Origin: a virus
Lineage: Duplodnaviria; Caudoviricetes
Direction: 5' to 3' (one strand)
Virus record (IMG/VR): IMGVR_UViG_2933096044_000001
Location: 1-64,000 of that record
DNA length: 64,000 nucleotides
In this document: in pieces, positions 9,356-19,156 of the stretch
Position numbering within the stretch: position 1 is the stretch's first letter
Layout: the number at the start of each line of letters is the position of its first letter
Position numbers and translations under genes: made by a program
Notes under the pieces: generated by a model
Database searches by the model: none
The model's input: only the letters and a program-made list of their open reading frames with translations
Told to the model about the DNA's origin: nothing

Positions 9356-9646
9356 CGGTCACCTGGTTTCTGTCGCAAGGAGAAGGGCGGCGATGCGGCG
9401 ACCCCGGGATGATCGCTCTCGGGCACCGTTGGCGTTGACGTGATTTCTGCCAGAAGCACGCCAGGCGCAACAGCGGCCAACCGCTAAGCTGTTGGTACGA
9501 TCATGGTACGCACACCAAGAACGTACCGCAACTCCTGGGCCTGTCGCCGAGCCAAGATCATGCGCCCGTCACACTGGACGGATCATGAATGCCTCTAAAG
9601 TTGACTCCACAGCCCGGAAACCGTCCGAGGAGCACATGGAGAACGG

Positions 9647-10324
9647 ATGCCGATCCCGCCCGCGAAAGCTCAAGGCATAGCGGACCAGATCGCCGCCAGA
9701 ATCAGGCGAGGCGAATACCCACCGGGGAGCTGGCTCCCCTCGGAACGCGAGCTTTCGCAGGAGCATCAGGCAAACCGGTCCACCATCCGCAACGCCCTCA
9801 AGCTGCTCGCCGACGAGAGCCTCGTCACTCGCATCCCCAACCAAGGCGTGCAAGTCTCCGACCCCAGCGCCCCCCGGAGCACGGCCCAACCGACACAGCC
9901 GGCTCCAGAGGTCGCTTGCGAACAACGGCGATGCTGCCTCACGCTTGCCGGTATGACGGCATGGCTCGCATCCCAGGACAGGCTGACACTCGTGCGGATC
10001 GACGACATCACGTCCGTGCAGATCGTCGTCCCGGGCGAACCCGATCCGCGCCTACACCCCACCAAGCGGCTTGACCGCGCCCAGGAGGTGCAGATCATGG
10101 TCGGAAGCCGCGCCGGCGTCGCGATGTGCGCGACAACCTGCCCTGGTCGTGACGCGCTGTGGGCTCGGGACGAACTGCTGCATGTGGTGAACGCGATGCG
10201 ACGGAAGACGGCCGACAGCGCCGAGCTGTACGTGCACGCGCCCGCGTCGTGGCCACGCAAGAGACCTGGACAGTTGTGGCAGACGTCCTCCCATCTGCCC
10301 GCGCCGGAACTCATTCAGCAGTGA
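9647..10324 (+). CDS. GntR-family regulator with atypical C-terminal domain
   Basis: IRRGEYPPGSWLPSERELSQE..NRSTIRNAL wHTH. Confidence 0.75.
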   Translation: MPIPPAKAQGIADQIAARIRRGEYPPGSWLPSERELSQEHQANRSTIRNALKLLADESLVTRIPNQGVQVSDPSAPRSTAQPTQPAPEVACEQRRCCLTLAGMTAWLASQDRLTLVRIDDITSVQIVVPGEPDPRLHPTKRLDRAQEVQIMVGSRAGVAMCATTCPGRDALWARDELLHVVNAMRRKTADSAELYVHAPASWPRKRPGQLWQTSSHLPAPELIQQ

Positions 10325-10371
10325 TCGAGAACGCCTAATCAATTCGCTCGTTCTCCGGATAACATGCCCTC

Positions 10372-11106
10372 ATGGTCCGCCATCAAGAGGTGTCCGACGA
10401 CCTCAGAGCCAAGATCCTCAACGGAACCTACCCGCCTGGCAGGCCGCTGCCGCACTCCGGCCTACTCGCCATCGAGTACGACGCCTCCAGCAGCACCATC
10501 TCCCATGCACTCGCGACCTTGAAGACTGAGCAGCTCGTCATCCGCCACGCGGCCGAAGGAATGATCGTCCAGCCACCTCCCACGGTCGTGGACCTCGTCC
10601 TCCACGGGCCACACGGCCACGGGCCGCTTCCCTGGACCAAATGCTGTGAACGCTCCGGCACCGAAGGCGCGATGATCACCGGCAAGGTAGCCACAGAGAA
10701 GGCTGACCTCGATACCGCCGGACTCCTCGGCCTCGACACCGCCGACCAGGTGGTCAAGCGGCACCGACGCGCCACCATCGGCGACACCGTGGTCCGCCTC
10801 GACGAGGCGATCTACCCCCATCAGCTCGTGAAAGACACCCCGATCGCCAAGCGCGGCCAAGTACCGCGCGGCATCTACCGAGCCCTCGCCGACGTCGGCA
10901 TGGAACCACACATGGTCGTGCGGCGGGTCATCGCCACCCGACAGGCCACCGACGCTGAAGCCAAGACCCTGAAGCTCGTACGCCGCGCCCTGGTCCTCAC
11001 CTACGACCAGGTGATCGCTGATCGCCAGGGCACGCGAGTGGAACTGCTGCGATTTGTCGCCAATCCAGCACGCATCAGGTTCGTGGACGAACAGTTCTCG
11101 CTGTAG
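10372..11106 (+). CDS. GntR/HutC (UTRA) regulator, KorSA/KorA-like
   Basis: N-terminal GntR HTH and UTRA-like C-terminus; typical AICE transfer repressor position. Confidence 0.8.
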   Translation: MVRHQEVSDDLRAKILNGTYPPGRPLPHSGLLAIEYDASSSTISHALATLKTEQLVIRHAAEGMIVQPPPTVVDLVLHGPHGHGPLPWTKCCERSGTEGAMITGKVATEKADLDTAGLLGLDTADQVVKRHRRATIGDTVVRLDEAIYPHQLVKDTPIAKRGQVPRGIYRALADVGMEPHMVVRRVIATRQATDAEAKTLKLVRRALVLTYDQVIADRQGTRVELLRFVANPARIRFVDEQFSL

Positions 11107-11298
11107 CGGCAAAGGCATAGCACCAGGTAGACGATACAGATGCCGTCATACGCAGTGGCGCCACTCCACCACAGCGGGGAAGGACGAGGCCGCGGATGAG
11201 TGACATCAAACTGCTCCGAACGACCGGGTGGATGCGCGTGTACGAAGGCTCCTACCTCCAGATCACACCCAAGTGATCTCAGCTCCGCCCGCTCCGAG

Positions 11299-12426
11299 TC
11301 ATGCAGGGTCGCCCTGGAGCGCGGTCGTGCCGAGCAGGGCGCGCAGCCTGGCCTCGCCTTGATCCACTGCCATGGTGAGGGCGTCCAAGTGGGCTGCTGG
11401 GAGGCTCCCGGCGCCGAATCCCGAGGCGGCGAGCACGCCGGCGAGTTTGTGTTCCTGCTGGGGGGTCATGCGGGAACGCATCCCGTGGTGAGCGAGAACG
11501 TCTCGAGCAGCGTAGGCGTCCGTGACGGCCACGCCGATGACCGCGGACCGCAGGTCGGCGTCGTGTGCTGTGGGCTGGCCAGCGGTCAGGTCGAGCGCGG
11601 CCAGGCCGAGCCGAGCCCGGAATGCCGCGGTCATCGGTTCAGGGTCGGCGATCAGCGGGAGTGCTTCCCTGACCACGTGCTCCAGCTCGTCCTGTGATGG
11701 CGTCGATGTCGTCGGCCGACAGGAGATGCGCAAGATGGCGGCGACGGCGATCTCCCACGGCTCCGTGGGCACGCTGGAGGTGATCATGTCGGCGGCTTGC
11801 TGGTGGAGGCCCTGTTCCGCCAACGACATGATCGTGATCTGTCGGCCGTCCAGAAGCCGCTCGCCGACGCCGCGGTGCGCGGCCATGGATTCGGCTGCCT
11901 CGGTCCATCGGCCAACGCTGGCGAGGGCTCTGGAGCCGTCAACCAGCAGGGTGACCCACAGCTCCGTGCAGATCTTGCGGTGGTCTGCGACGGTCTGGAT
12001 CAGCGGCGCCAGGTCGACATCGTGATCACGGATGATGGTGGCGCCACGCTGCTGTGCTGCCCGGTACAACTGCTGCAGCAAGGCGAACGCGGCGCTGCCG
12101 TCGCCCTCGCGGGTCAGGAGCCGGGAGATGTTCACCAGCGGCATCAGCGACATCACGGCGATGTCCTGGTCGAGGGTGCCGGCTTCAGCGAAGACCTTGT
12201 GCTGCCGCCAGCACAGTTCGGCGGCCAGGTCGGGCATCCCGCTGTCGGAGGCGATGAGCGCGGCCAAGTTGAGGACGCCGCTGGCGCGGGCCACCCGCTG
12301 GGAGTGGTCCGCGCTGGGCGTTTCGACGGTCAGCGCGGTGAGCTTTGCAATGCGCCTGTCCAGGGGAAGCCCGGGGGCCTTGGGCCGGCAGACGAGCGGG
12401 ATACGGCGGGCGATCGCAGAGTTCAT
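11299..12426 (-). CDS. hypothetical helical protein at the end of the FxLD operon
   Basis: 375 aa, GGGGAG RBS, 15 bp after the methyltransferase stop. Confidence 0.75.
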   Translation of the reverse strand: MNSAIARRIPLVCRPKAPGLPLDRRIAKLTALTVETPSADHSQRVARASGVLNLAALIASDSGMPDLAAELCWRQHKVFAEAGTLDQDIAVMSLMPLVNISRLLTREGDGSAAFALLQQLYRAAQQRGATIIRDHDVDLAPLIQTVADHRKICTELWVTLLVDGSRALASVGRWTEAAESMAAHRGVGERLLDGRQITIMSLAEQGLHQQAADMITSSVPTEPWEIAVAAILRISCRPTTSTPSQDELEHVVREALPLIADPEPMTAAFRARLGLAALDLTAGQPTAHDADLRSAVIGVAVTDAYAARDVLAHHGMRSRMTPQQEHKLAGVLAASGFGAGSLPAAHLDALTMAVDQGEARLRALLGTTALQGDPA

Positions 12427-12441
12427 CGCGCTGCTCCCCTT

Positions 12442-14484
12442 CTACGGCCAGTCGATGACGAGTCGGCTGGCGGGCTTGTCGATGATGAAGCGCGGGTCGT
12501 CGGCCTTCAGCAGGTCGCGGTGGGCGTCGGTGGCCATCCGGAAGCCGGGGGCGGGGGCGTCGTTGCCGTAGTCGCGGGCCCACTCCTCGATCGAGGCAGC
12601 GACCTGCTCGGCGAGGACGACGGCGGCCGGGCCGTGGCCGATGACGCCGATCTCCCAGAACCGGCCCGCGGCGTCATCGCCCTCGCGGACGGTCAGGTAC
12701 GCGAGGCTGTCGCCGTCGAGCGCCGCCATGGAACCCCACCCGAAATGCGGGGTGAACCCCGGCCGCTGGCCAGGCATGCGGGACAGGCCGTTGGGCAGGA
12801 CGCACGCCAGCCACAGGTACACCCACTCCCAGGCCGAGCCCTTGCGGAACTTCACGCCGGTGTACACCGTGTGGGAGGGCTCGTCCAGGACGGTCCGCAT
12901 CGCCTCTCGGTCGACCTGCTGCTCGGTGTAGGTCTCCAGCCGGACGTTGCCCTCCCCGGCCATGACGATCATGGTGCGGATGTCGTCGCAGATGCCCTTG
13001 CGCATCGGGACGAACGTGGCCATCTCGCAGGAGACGGCCTTCCAGGTGTCGCCGTCGCGCTCGAAAGCGAAGGAGCGGGAGATGCTGCCGCGAATCCGCA
13101 TCGGGATGACCACGCGGCCGCCCGGCGCCAACTGCTCCAGGACGGTGACGGGGATGTCGCCGGCGCCCACGGTGAACTGGATTCGGTCGAACGGGGCGTG
13201 CTCGGGGAGCCCGGCCGCGCCATCGGCCAGCAGCACGGTCGCGTTCGTTACGCCTGCGGCCTCCAGGTGCTTGCTGGCGGTGTTCACGAGGTCGGTGTCG
13301 ACGTCCACGGTCCACACGTGCCCGCCGGGGGCGACGAGCCGCGCGAGGAGTGCGGCGTTGTAGCCGGTGGCCGCTCCGGCTTCCAGGACCTTGTGGCCAG
13401 GCTGTGCGTCCAGTTGCTCCAGCTGGGTGGCGACGACCGACGGCGCGGAGATGCAGGAGATCATCTCGCCATCCGGGTCGTACTTGATCGACACGGCGTC
13501 GTTGGCGTAGGCGGCCTCGATGTCGGCGTCGGGAATGAACCGGTGGCGCTCGACTTCCCGGAAGGCGGCGATGATCGCGGGGGTGCGCAGATGCCCGGAG
13601 TCGGTGAACTCGTCCACCATGGCGTTGCGCAGGTCGATGGGATCGCTGGCAGTGATGGTGTTCTCCATTCGCTTGAAGGTAGGGGTTGCTGGTCCAGACC
13701 GGCCGGTAGACACGGCCGCCGGCGGGTCATCTCCGAAAGCGACGTGCCAGCCCAGCCAGGCCGCGGCGGACTGCTCGGCCACGGATACGGCGGCGCGGTT
13801 GAAAGCGAAGATCGCATGGTGGGCGAGGACGGCGCGCAGCCCTCGCCCGAGTTGCCCGCTGGCTGCGAACCCGGCTAGGCAGCGGCCGGCTTCCTCGAAC
13901 GCGGCGACGCGGTCGAGCCAGCCGGGTTCGGTGGTCTCCCGCTGGGCGGCGTCTGCGTTCATGAGGCGCCGCATCGCGGCGATGGCCTCCGCCCGGGGCG
14001 CCATCTCAGGCGGGTTGATCGGCGGGCGGAGGTTGCCGACCTTCGCCCATACGTCGCCGATCTCGAACGGGTCGAGGCCGGCCGCGCGGTTCATGGTGGA
14101 GATCAGCAGGATGCACCGCTCGCGGGCGTGCGAGCAGCCGGTTCCGGCCAGAGCTGCGGGGCTGTCGGCACACCACACGTCGTGGGCGAGGTCCATGCCC
14201 AGCCGGCCGCCGAAAGCCTCGGTCTCCGGCTCGTAGATGCCGTCAACCCAGCCGGTCGCGAGCTCGTCGCCGACAAGCTGGTCAAGCAGCTCGGCGGCGG
14301 GCCGGTCGGTGCGCAGCCGGAGCTTGCCCTCCTTGCGCACGAAGTGGAAGCGCCAGCCGGACAGCGCACTCGCGAGCGTGGCCGCGGCTAGCGGGGTCAC
14401 GCCGGCGTCGCCGGGGAAGCGGACGGTGGCTTGCCACCATTCCCGCGCGTCGGGAAGCGGCATGTTCTCGTCGTCGAGGTTCAT
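12442..14484 (-). CDS. fxlM: fusion: thiopeptide-type/LanB elimination domain + FxLD-system PIMT-like methyltransferase
   Basis: N-terminal FHFVRK, YEPETEAFGG, HHAIFAFNR; C-terminal VERHRFIP, SCISAP, VLEAGAATGYNAA, APFDRI, QLAPGGR. Confidence 0.88.
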   Translation of the reverse strand: MNLDDENMPLPDAREWWQATVRFPGDAGVTPLAAATLASALSGWRFHFVRKEGKLRLRTDRPAAELLDQLVGDELATGWVDGIYEPETEAFGGRLGMDLAHDVWCADSPAALAGTGCSHARERCILLISTMNRAAGLDPFEIGDVWAKVGNLRPPINPPEMAPRAEAIAAMRRLMNADAAQRETTEPGWLDRVAAFEEAGRCLAGFAASGQLGRGLRAVLAHHAIFAFNRAAVSVAEQSAAAWLGWHVAFGDDPPAAVSTGRSGPATPTFKRMENTITASDPIDLRNAMVDEFTDSGHLRTPAIIAAFREVERHRFIPDADIEAAYANDAVSIKYDPDGEMISCISAPSVVATQLEQLDAQPGHKVLEAGAATGYNAALLARLVAPGGHVWTVDVDTDLVNTASKHLEAAGVTNATVLLADGAAGLPEHAPFDRIQFTVGAGDIPVTVLEQLAPGGRVVIPMRIRGSISRSFAFERDGDTWKAVSCEMATFVPMRKGICDDIRTMIVMAGEGNVRLETYTEQQVDREAMRTVLDEPSHTVYTGVKFRKGSAWEWVYLWLACVLPNGLSRMPGQRPGFTPHFGWGSMAALDGDSLAYLTVREGDDAAGRFWEIGVIGHGPAAVVLAEQVAASIEEWARDYGNDAPAPGFRMATDAHRDLLKADDPRFIIDKPASRLVIDWP

Positions 14485-14523
14485 GGTCGTCGTATTCGCT
14501 CCAGATCGGTCGGGTACGCGGGG

Positions 14524-15585
14524 TTAGTGGATGAGCAAGGCGCGGGTCCAGCCGGTCATGTTGGAGCCCTCCAATGCCAGGACCGCCCCGGCTCGCCCTT
14601 CCAGAAACCCGGGCTTGGGCAGCGCAGCGATCCCGGCGACCAGCCGCTGGCGGGTCTGCCAGATGGGGTCGCCGAACCGGTCGGGGGTGGGGCTGTCGGC
14701 TGCGATGGCGGCCGCCACGGTCAGCATCCCTGCCCAGCCGTGGCACAGGGAGGCGTCGGTGACCCGGTCCAGGCGGGCCGGGTCGGTGAGGGCGGCGATC
14801 GCGACCTCCTCGGCCTTCTGCCGGCGGGCGTCGTCGCCGAGCGCGAGCGCGGCCAACTGGAGGGTGCGAGCGATACCGAGGTCGCTGTAGCACCAGGAGG
14901 GGCGCAGCGGCGGCTGCGGCGGCTCGTCGGCGATCAGGTGGTCCAGGGTGATCCAGTAGAAGCCGCTGAACTCCTCCAGCCAGGTCGCGAACGTGTCGAT
15001 CGCTTCCATCTGGCCGTCCACCAGGATGTCGCGGCGGGCGGCGAGGGAGAGCAGCGCCAGCGGGCCGGCGATGCCGTGCGCCACACCGTTGTTCGCGTGG
15101 CCACCCGTGATCTCCTGATGGCCGGGGCTGTCCGGCGACCACCATCCCGGCAGGGCTCGGACGCCCGCTTCGGCCGGGCACGCCAGCGTCACCAGATGGG
15201 CCAGCACCTCGCGGAGCAGCGACGGCGGCCAGCCTGCGCGGGAGAGCAACAGCGCTCCCAGACCGGTGAGTCCCCGGATGAGATCGAACTCCGCCAGCGG
15301 CGGAAGCTGCGCCGACTCTCGCCGCCGGAGGGCCGCGGCGAGCTTGGCGCGCACAACTCGGTCGACGGCCGCCTGAACGGTCGGGTCGGCGTGCCCGGCG
15401 CGGCCCAGCACGAACTCCAGTGCGGGCGCGCCGTGGAAGAGGCAGGCGTTGGCGCCGGTGCTGACGCCTCCGGCGACGGCCTCGGCGAGCAGGGGCCGCG
15501 CTGCGTCGAGGTTGCCCCGCTCGATGTGGAGCAGCGCCCTGCCGAGCACGCCCTCGGACAGGGCCTGCGTCCTGGGCGGGTTCAT
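14524..15585 (-). CDS. lanC: lanthionine cyclase LanC
   Basis: FDLIRGLTG, GVAHGIAG, WCYSDLG, LCHGWAG, GFLEGRAG; ATGA coupling at 15585. Confidence 0.92.
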   Translation of the reverse strand: MNPPRTQALSEGVLGRALLHIERGNLDAARPLLAEAVAGGVSTGANACLFHGAPALEFVLGRAGHADPTVQAAVDRVVRAKLAAALRRRESAQLPPLAEFDLIRGLTGLGALLLSRAGWPPSLLREVLAHLVTLACPAEAGVRALPGWWSPDSPGHQEITGGHANNGVAHGIAGPLALLSLAARRDILVDGQMEAIDTFATWLEEFSGFYWITLDHLIADEPPQPPLRPSWCYSDLGIARTLQLAALALGDDARRQKAEEVAIAALTDPARLDRVTDASLCHGWAGMLTVAAAIAADSPTPDRFGDPIWQTRQRLVAGIAALPKPGFLEGRAGAVLALEGSNMTGWTRALLIH

Positions 15586-17612
15586 CGGCCCGCCCTCACG
15601 GCGACGACGATGCTGTGGGCCCGCCCACCGATCCACCCATCGGCGTCCCGCGGCGGCGCGTCGTAGAGCGCCACGGTGGAGGAGATGCCCAAGTGCGTGC
15701 GCAGCACGTCCAGGTCCATCCGCTTGGTGAGGTCCAGCGGTAGCCGCTGATCGTCCATGGCCAGGAGCACCCGCTCCGGCACGCCTGTCCGGCCGCGCCA
15801 TGCGTGCAGGTGCTCGGCCCACTCCTCCAGGCGTGCCGTGCGGCCGGGCAGCGTGCGGGCGCGCAGCTGCCAGCGCGCGGCGACCAGGATGCTGCGCCGG
15901 TAGTGCAGCGCCGGGGTGAACGGCAGCGTCCACGCCGCACCCCAGTCGAACCATGTCACCTGCGCAGTCGCGGCGCGGCTGATCTCGGCCAGGAACCGGG
16001 CCAGCGGCGGGGTGAAGTTGTTCCACACGAAGTTGATCGCCGTGGGCGCGAGCAGTTCCAGGCGCTGCCCGGTGGCGGCCACCGCGAGGTAGAGGTGATC
16101 GCCGCGCACGCCGACGACCAGATCGGCGGGAAAGAGCGCCGCATCGTCGCTGCCGCGGAACTCGCCGACGCTGACCAGCTTCGGCAGAACCTGCGGGCTG
16201 CGGGTGAGCAGGTCGGCCTCGACGCGGGAGGGGTGGAACGACAACTGCGCCAGTTCCCCCACGGGATCGACCGTGGGGAGGGCCACCTGGTCGGCCGGGT
16301 TCTGCGGGAACAGGTGCCGGAAGCGTCCCGTCATCGTGCCGGCCGCCCGGGAGACGGTGTGCACGCTGACGCGGAAGTTGCCCCGGTCGAGCGCCGGGAG
16401 CGAACCGGCTTGGACTTGTGCGCACACCTCGAAGTGCGGGGCCAGTGTGGTGGGCCGCGCGCCGGCGGCTGCCTCCAGCTCCTCGATGAGCGGCTCGGAA
16501 AGGATCACCGCCCGACGGCGTTCCACGGCGGCGGTCCCGGCGAGATCCAGCAGCAGCCGGTCGCGTCGCGACATCGGCCGCGGCGGCGCGGACACCGACC
16601 CGAACCCGTCAGGCAGGCCCAACCCGATGTCGGGGTCGACGAGCTGCTCCAGGCCGACCTCGGCGCCGTCCCCCCACCGGGCGGCGAACCGCTCGGTGTA
16701 GCGCTGCCACGCTGCCGTTCCGCGAGGGTGGGGCGTGAGCCTGGCGAGCGCGGTGGCCGCGGTCTCGATCTCGACCGCGACCGTTTCCGGTAGCCGCACC
16801 TCGGCGTCCAGCCGTACATCCACGGCCGCCTCCCGCTCGCGGACATCCAGGACGGCGGCGGGCAGGACGGCTGCCGGGTCGGCGATCGTGGCGGGGGCGC
16901 GCAGCGCCGACCGGAGCAGGTTATGACGCAGCAGCTCGCCGAGGAATACGGCATGGCGGGGCTCGCCCGCCTGCGGGAACTCTGCCGCGAGCTTTCCCGC
17001 GAGCGCCGCATGCCGGATCGGTGACGCGGCCTCCTGGAGCACGAGCGCCAGCGCAGGAGTAAGGGCGAGGGAGAACTCCGACGCGCCCTCGGCCGGCACG
17101 TAGACGCGGCCGTCACGCACGTACGCCAGGTTGTTGACGCACACCTCGACATCCGCCATCAGGGCGGCGTCCGCCTCCCGCACCATGATGGCCTCGTTCA
17201 GCACCCGAGGATCTGGCCGGGCGACGATCTCGTGCCCCTCCCCGACGAGCACGGCAGACGTGGCGCCGAAGTCGAGCGGGCAGACGCCGGCGAACAAGCC
17301 GAACGGCGTGGACCGGTGCTCGTACCTGAGGGCGTATCGGGCGAGTGCGAGCGCGGCGCGGCGCGCCCGGCGGGCGTTCGTTGACCGGCCGTCCAGGATC
17401 GCCTCCACCTGGCGGGCAAGATCCGGGCTGGCGTTGGCGATCGTGCGACGGAAGATGTCATCGGCCCATATGGGGGCGAGCCAGGAACGCCACTGCGCGG
17501 TGGGCGCGTCGGGCCCTGGCCATTGCGGGATGACGGGGGCTGACAGGTTCACCGCCGCGCGGAGCATCCCAGTGCCGGTGCGCCGGTACAAGGTCCGCCG
17601 TGACCGTGTCAT
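15582..17612 (-). CDS. lanB: class I lanthipeptide dehydratase (glutamylation domain, split LanB)
   Basis: RSTPFGLFAGV motif; LPFTPALHYRRSILVAARW; DDQRLPLDL; no C-terminal elimination domain. Confidence 0.9.
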   Translation of the reverse strand: MTRSRRTLYRRTGTGMLRAAVNLSAPVIPQWPGPDAPTAQWRSWLAPIWADDIFRRTIANASPDLARQVEAILDGRSTNARRARRAALALARYALRYEHRSTPFGLFAGVCPLDFGATSAVLVGEGHEIVARPDPRVLNEAIMVREADAALMADVEVCVNNLAYVRDGRVYVPAEGASEFSLALTPALALVLQEAASPIRHAALAGKLAAEFPQAGEPRHAVFLGELLRHNLLRSALRAPATIADPAAVLPAAVLDVREREAAVDVRLDAEVRLPETVAVEIETAATALARLTPHPRGTAAWQRYTERFAARWGDGAEVGLEQLVDPDIGLGLPDGFGSVSAPPRPMSRRDRLLLDLAGTAAVERRRAVILSEPLIEELEAAAGARPTTLAPHFEVCAQVQAGSLPALDRGNFRVSVHTVSRAAGTMTGRFRHLFPQNPADQVALPTVDPVGELAQLSFHPSRVEADLLTRSPQVLPKLVSVGEFRGSDDAALFPADLVVGVRGDHLYLAVAATGQRLELLAPTAINFVWNNFTPPLARFLAEISRAATAQVTWFDWGAAWTLPFTPALHYRRSILVAARWQLRARTLPGRTARLEEWAEHLHAWRGRTGVPERVLLAMDDQRLPLDLTKRMDLDVLRTHLGISSTVALYDAPPRDADGWIGGRAHSIVVAVRAGR

Positions 17613-17637
17613 CACGCACACTCCGTTCCTGGGGAAG

Positions 17638-17665
17638 GGCGCGGGCCCGGTGCGGGGCCCGCGCC
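17638..17665 (-). terminator. stem-loop between precursor and lanB
   Basis: ggcgcgggccc-ggtgcg-gggcccgcgcc, 11-bp perfect stem. Confidence 0.6.
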
Positions 17666-17672
17666 GGGCGGG

Positions 17673-17852
17673 CTAGGAGCCAGAGGTCGTGCAGGCGCTC
17701 GGGCAGGAGCTCCCGCAGTTGTCGCCGGTGCTGCACAACAGCACCGTGTCGGCCGCCGGGGTGTTCTCAATGAAGGTGATGTCGAGCTCGAACGGGTCGG
17801 ACGTCGCTCCCGTGTCGACCGTGGCGGTCTGCTCGATGGTGGGAGTGGTCAT
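17673..17852 (-). CDS. fxlA: FxLD-family lanthipeptide precursor (59 aa)
   Basis: MTTPTIEQTATVDTGATSDPFELDITFIENTPAADTVLLCSTGDNCGSSCPSACTTSGS; FELD leader motif; AAGGAG RBS. Confidence 0.93.
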   Translation of the reverse strand: MTTPTIEQTATVDTGATSDPFELDITFIENTPAADTVLLCSTGDNCGSSCPSACTTSGS

Positions 17853-18052
17853 GTCCTGCTCCTTGTCCTGTCGGGTGGAACAGATGCGCGGTCGCGCATC
17901 TTCTCTTCGCCGAAACACGGCGAATGTGCGGCGTGTCATCCTCAGCAGGATCTTGCGGGCGTGCTTGAAGATGGGCCGCAGAGGTCTGTTCCCCGGATCC
18001 GGCTGAAACGGGTCGCCCATGACGAGGATGATGAGGTCGATGGAGCCTCCCT

Positions 18053-18331
18053 TCATATCGCCTGTTGGCGGGGGCGGAGGGCCAGGTAGCTGCCGCGGAA
18101 GCGGTACAGGATCGCCTCCTGTCGGCTGAGCGCATAGAGGAGCGAGACGTAGTCCGCCCGCTGTACGACTTCTTTGAGCCCGGCCTCCCTCATGTGCTGG
18201 GTGATCTCCACGCGCAGGGTCGCCTGCCAGCACTCCTGGCCGGAGTCGTCTTTGCCGCGGGCGAAGTCATAGGCCGGGTGGGACCTGCGGAGGGCGGAAA
18301 GTCGCAGATGAGCGACTGTGGTGGGGTTCAT
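18053..18331 (-). CDS. hypothetical protein
   Basis: Protein-like C-terminal part of the ORF, from MNPTTVAH. Confidence 0.5.
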   Translation of the reverse strand: MNPTTVAHLRLSALRRSHPAYDFARGKDDSGQECWQATLRVEITQHMREAGLKEVVQRADYVSLLYALSRQEAILYRFRGSYLALRPRQQAI

Positions 18332-18759
18332 GGAGGTCACCGTGTGTGCTTGTGCTCTTTGCTGGTCGGGGCGGGCCGTGGGGCGGCAGAGTGGAAACAG
18401 CGCCGTCCCACGGCCCTCGCCGCCCCAGACGGGCTTCCGGGGCGGGGTGTGCTGCGGGCCTGGGAGCGGGGTTCTGGCCCGCAGCGAAGGAGGCTCCCCG
18501 AGCGTGTCTCCTCGGTGGCCTCCCAGCCGCCCAGGAAAATGGCCATCCGCGCGAGCATGGGCGGCTAGGAGGAGTGGAACCACAGTCCACGGCAGCGTCT
18601 CGTTCTCTGTCGTGGACTGTGGGAGTTGCGCGGCGCGGGCAACCTGAGTGTGATCGTTGATCGGTCTGCCCGCGCCGCAGTGCGCGGCCGGCGGGTAAGA
18701 GGTCTGCCCGCCAGCGTGCCCAGGCTGGGTCGCAGCATGCCAGGCCACGTCTCGCTTCA

Positions 18760-19104
18760 TCACCCTGCCTCCGTCCGCAGGGCGTCGGGAAGCCGGCGGC
18801 TCAGTTCCGGAGGCGGCGGGTGTATGCCGTTCTGGATCGCCCAGAGGCGGCTCTGACGCTGCGTCTCGCGGATGTTGGCCCACAGCGGCTCAGGGTCATA
18901 GACGTTCCCTGAGTGGTAGACGCCAGCCGGGTTCCAGTACCCGCGGTAGAAGGCGATGACGAGCTCATCGACCTGGAGAGCCAGCCACCAGTAGCCAGTT
19001 TCCAGCTCAAGCCGGTCCGCCCACCACCGGCCCGTGCTGGGACAGCCCGCTCGGCCCCGCTCGCCGGAAGGCGTCGCTGAGGCGAGATGGTGGCGGGCCT
19101 GCAT
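18760..19104 (-). CDS. hypothetical protein
   Basis: AGGAG RBS before MQARHH; Trp/Tyr-rich. Confidence 0.5.
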   Translation of the reverse strand: MQARHHLASATPSGERGRAGCPSTGRWWADRLELETGYWWLALQVDELVIAFYRGYWNPAGVYHSGNVYDPEPLWANIRETQRQSRLWAIQNGIHPPPPELSRRLPDALRTEAG

Positions 19105-19156
19105 CAAGTGTCTCCTCACGTGGGAACGGGACGTATCGCGGATCAGGGGTTGGTGA

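Larger units (their letters stand above)
79..11106 (-). mobile_element. AICE-like integration/conjugation module
   Basis: att, int, xis, TraB-like ATPase, membrane genes, KorSA-like GntR. Confidence 0.8.

Noticed and set aside
11797-13878. 693-aa plus-strand ORF
   Set aside because: Shadow of the methyltransferase fusion and the downstream gene.
15586-16425. N-terminal extension of LanC in the ORF track
   Set aside because: Overlaps lanB out of frame; the real start is the coupled ATG at 15585.
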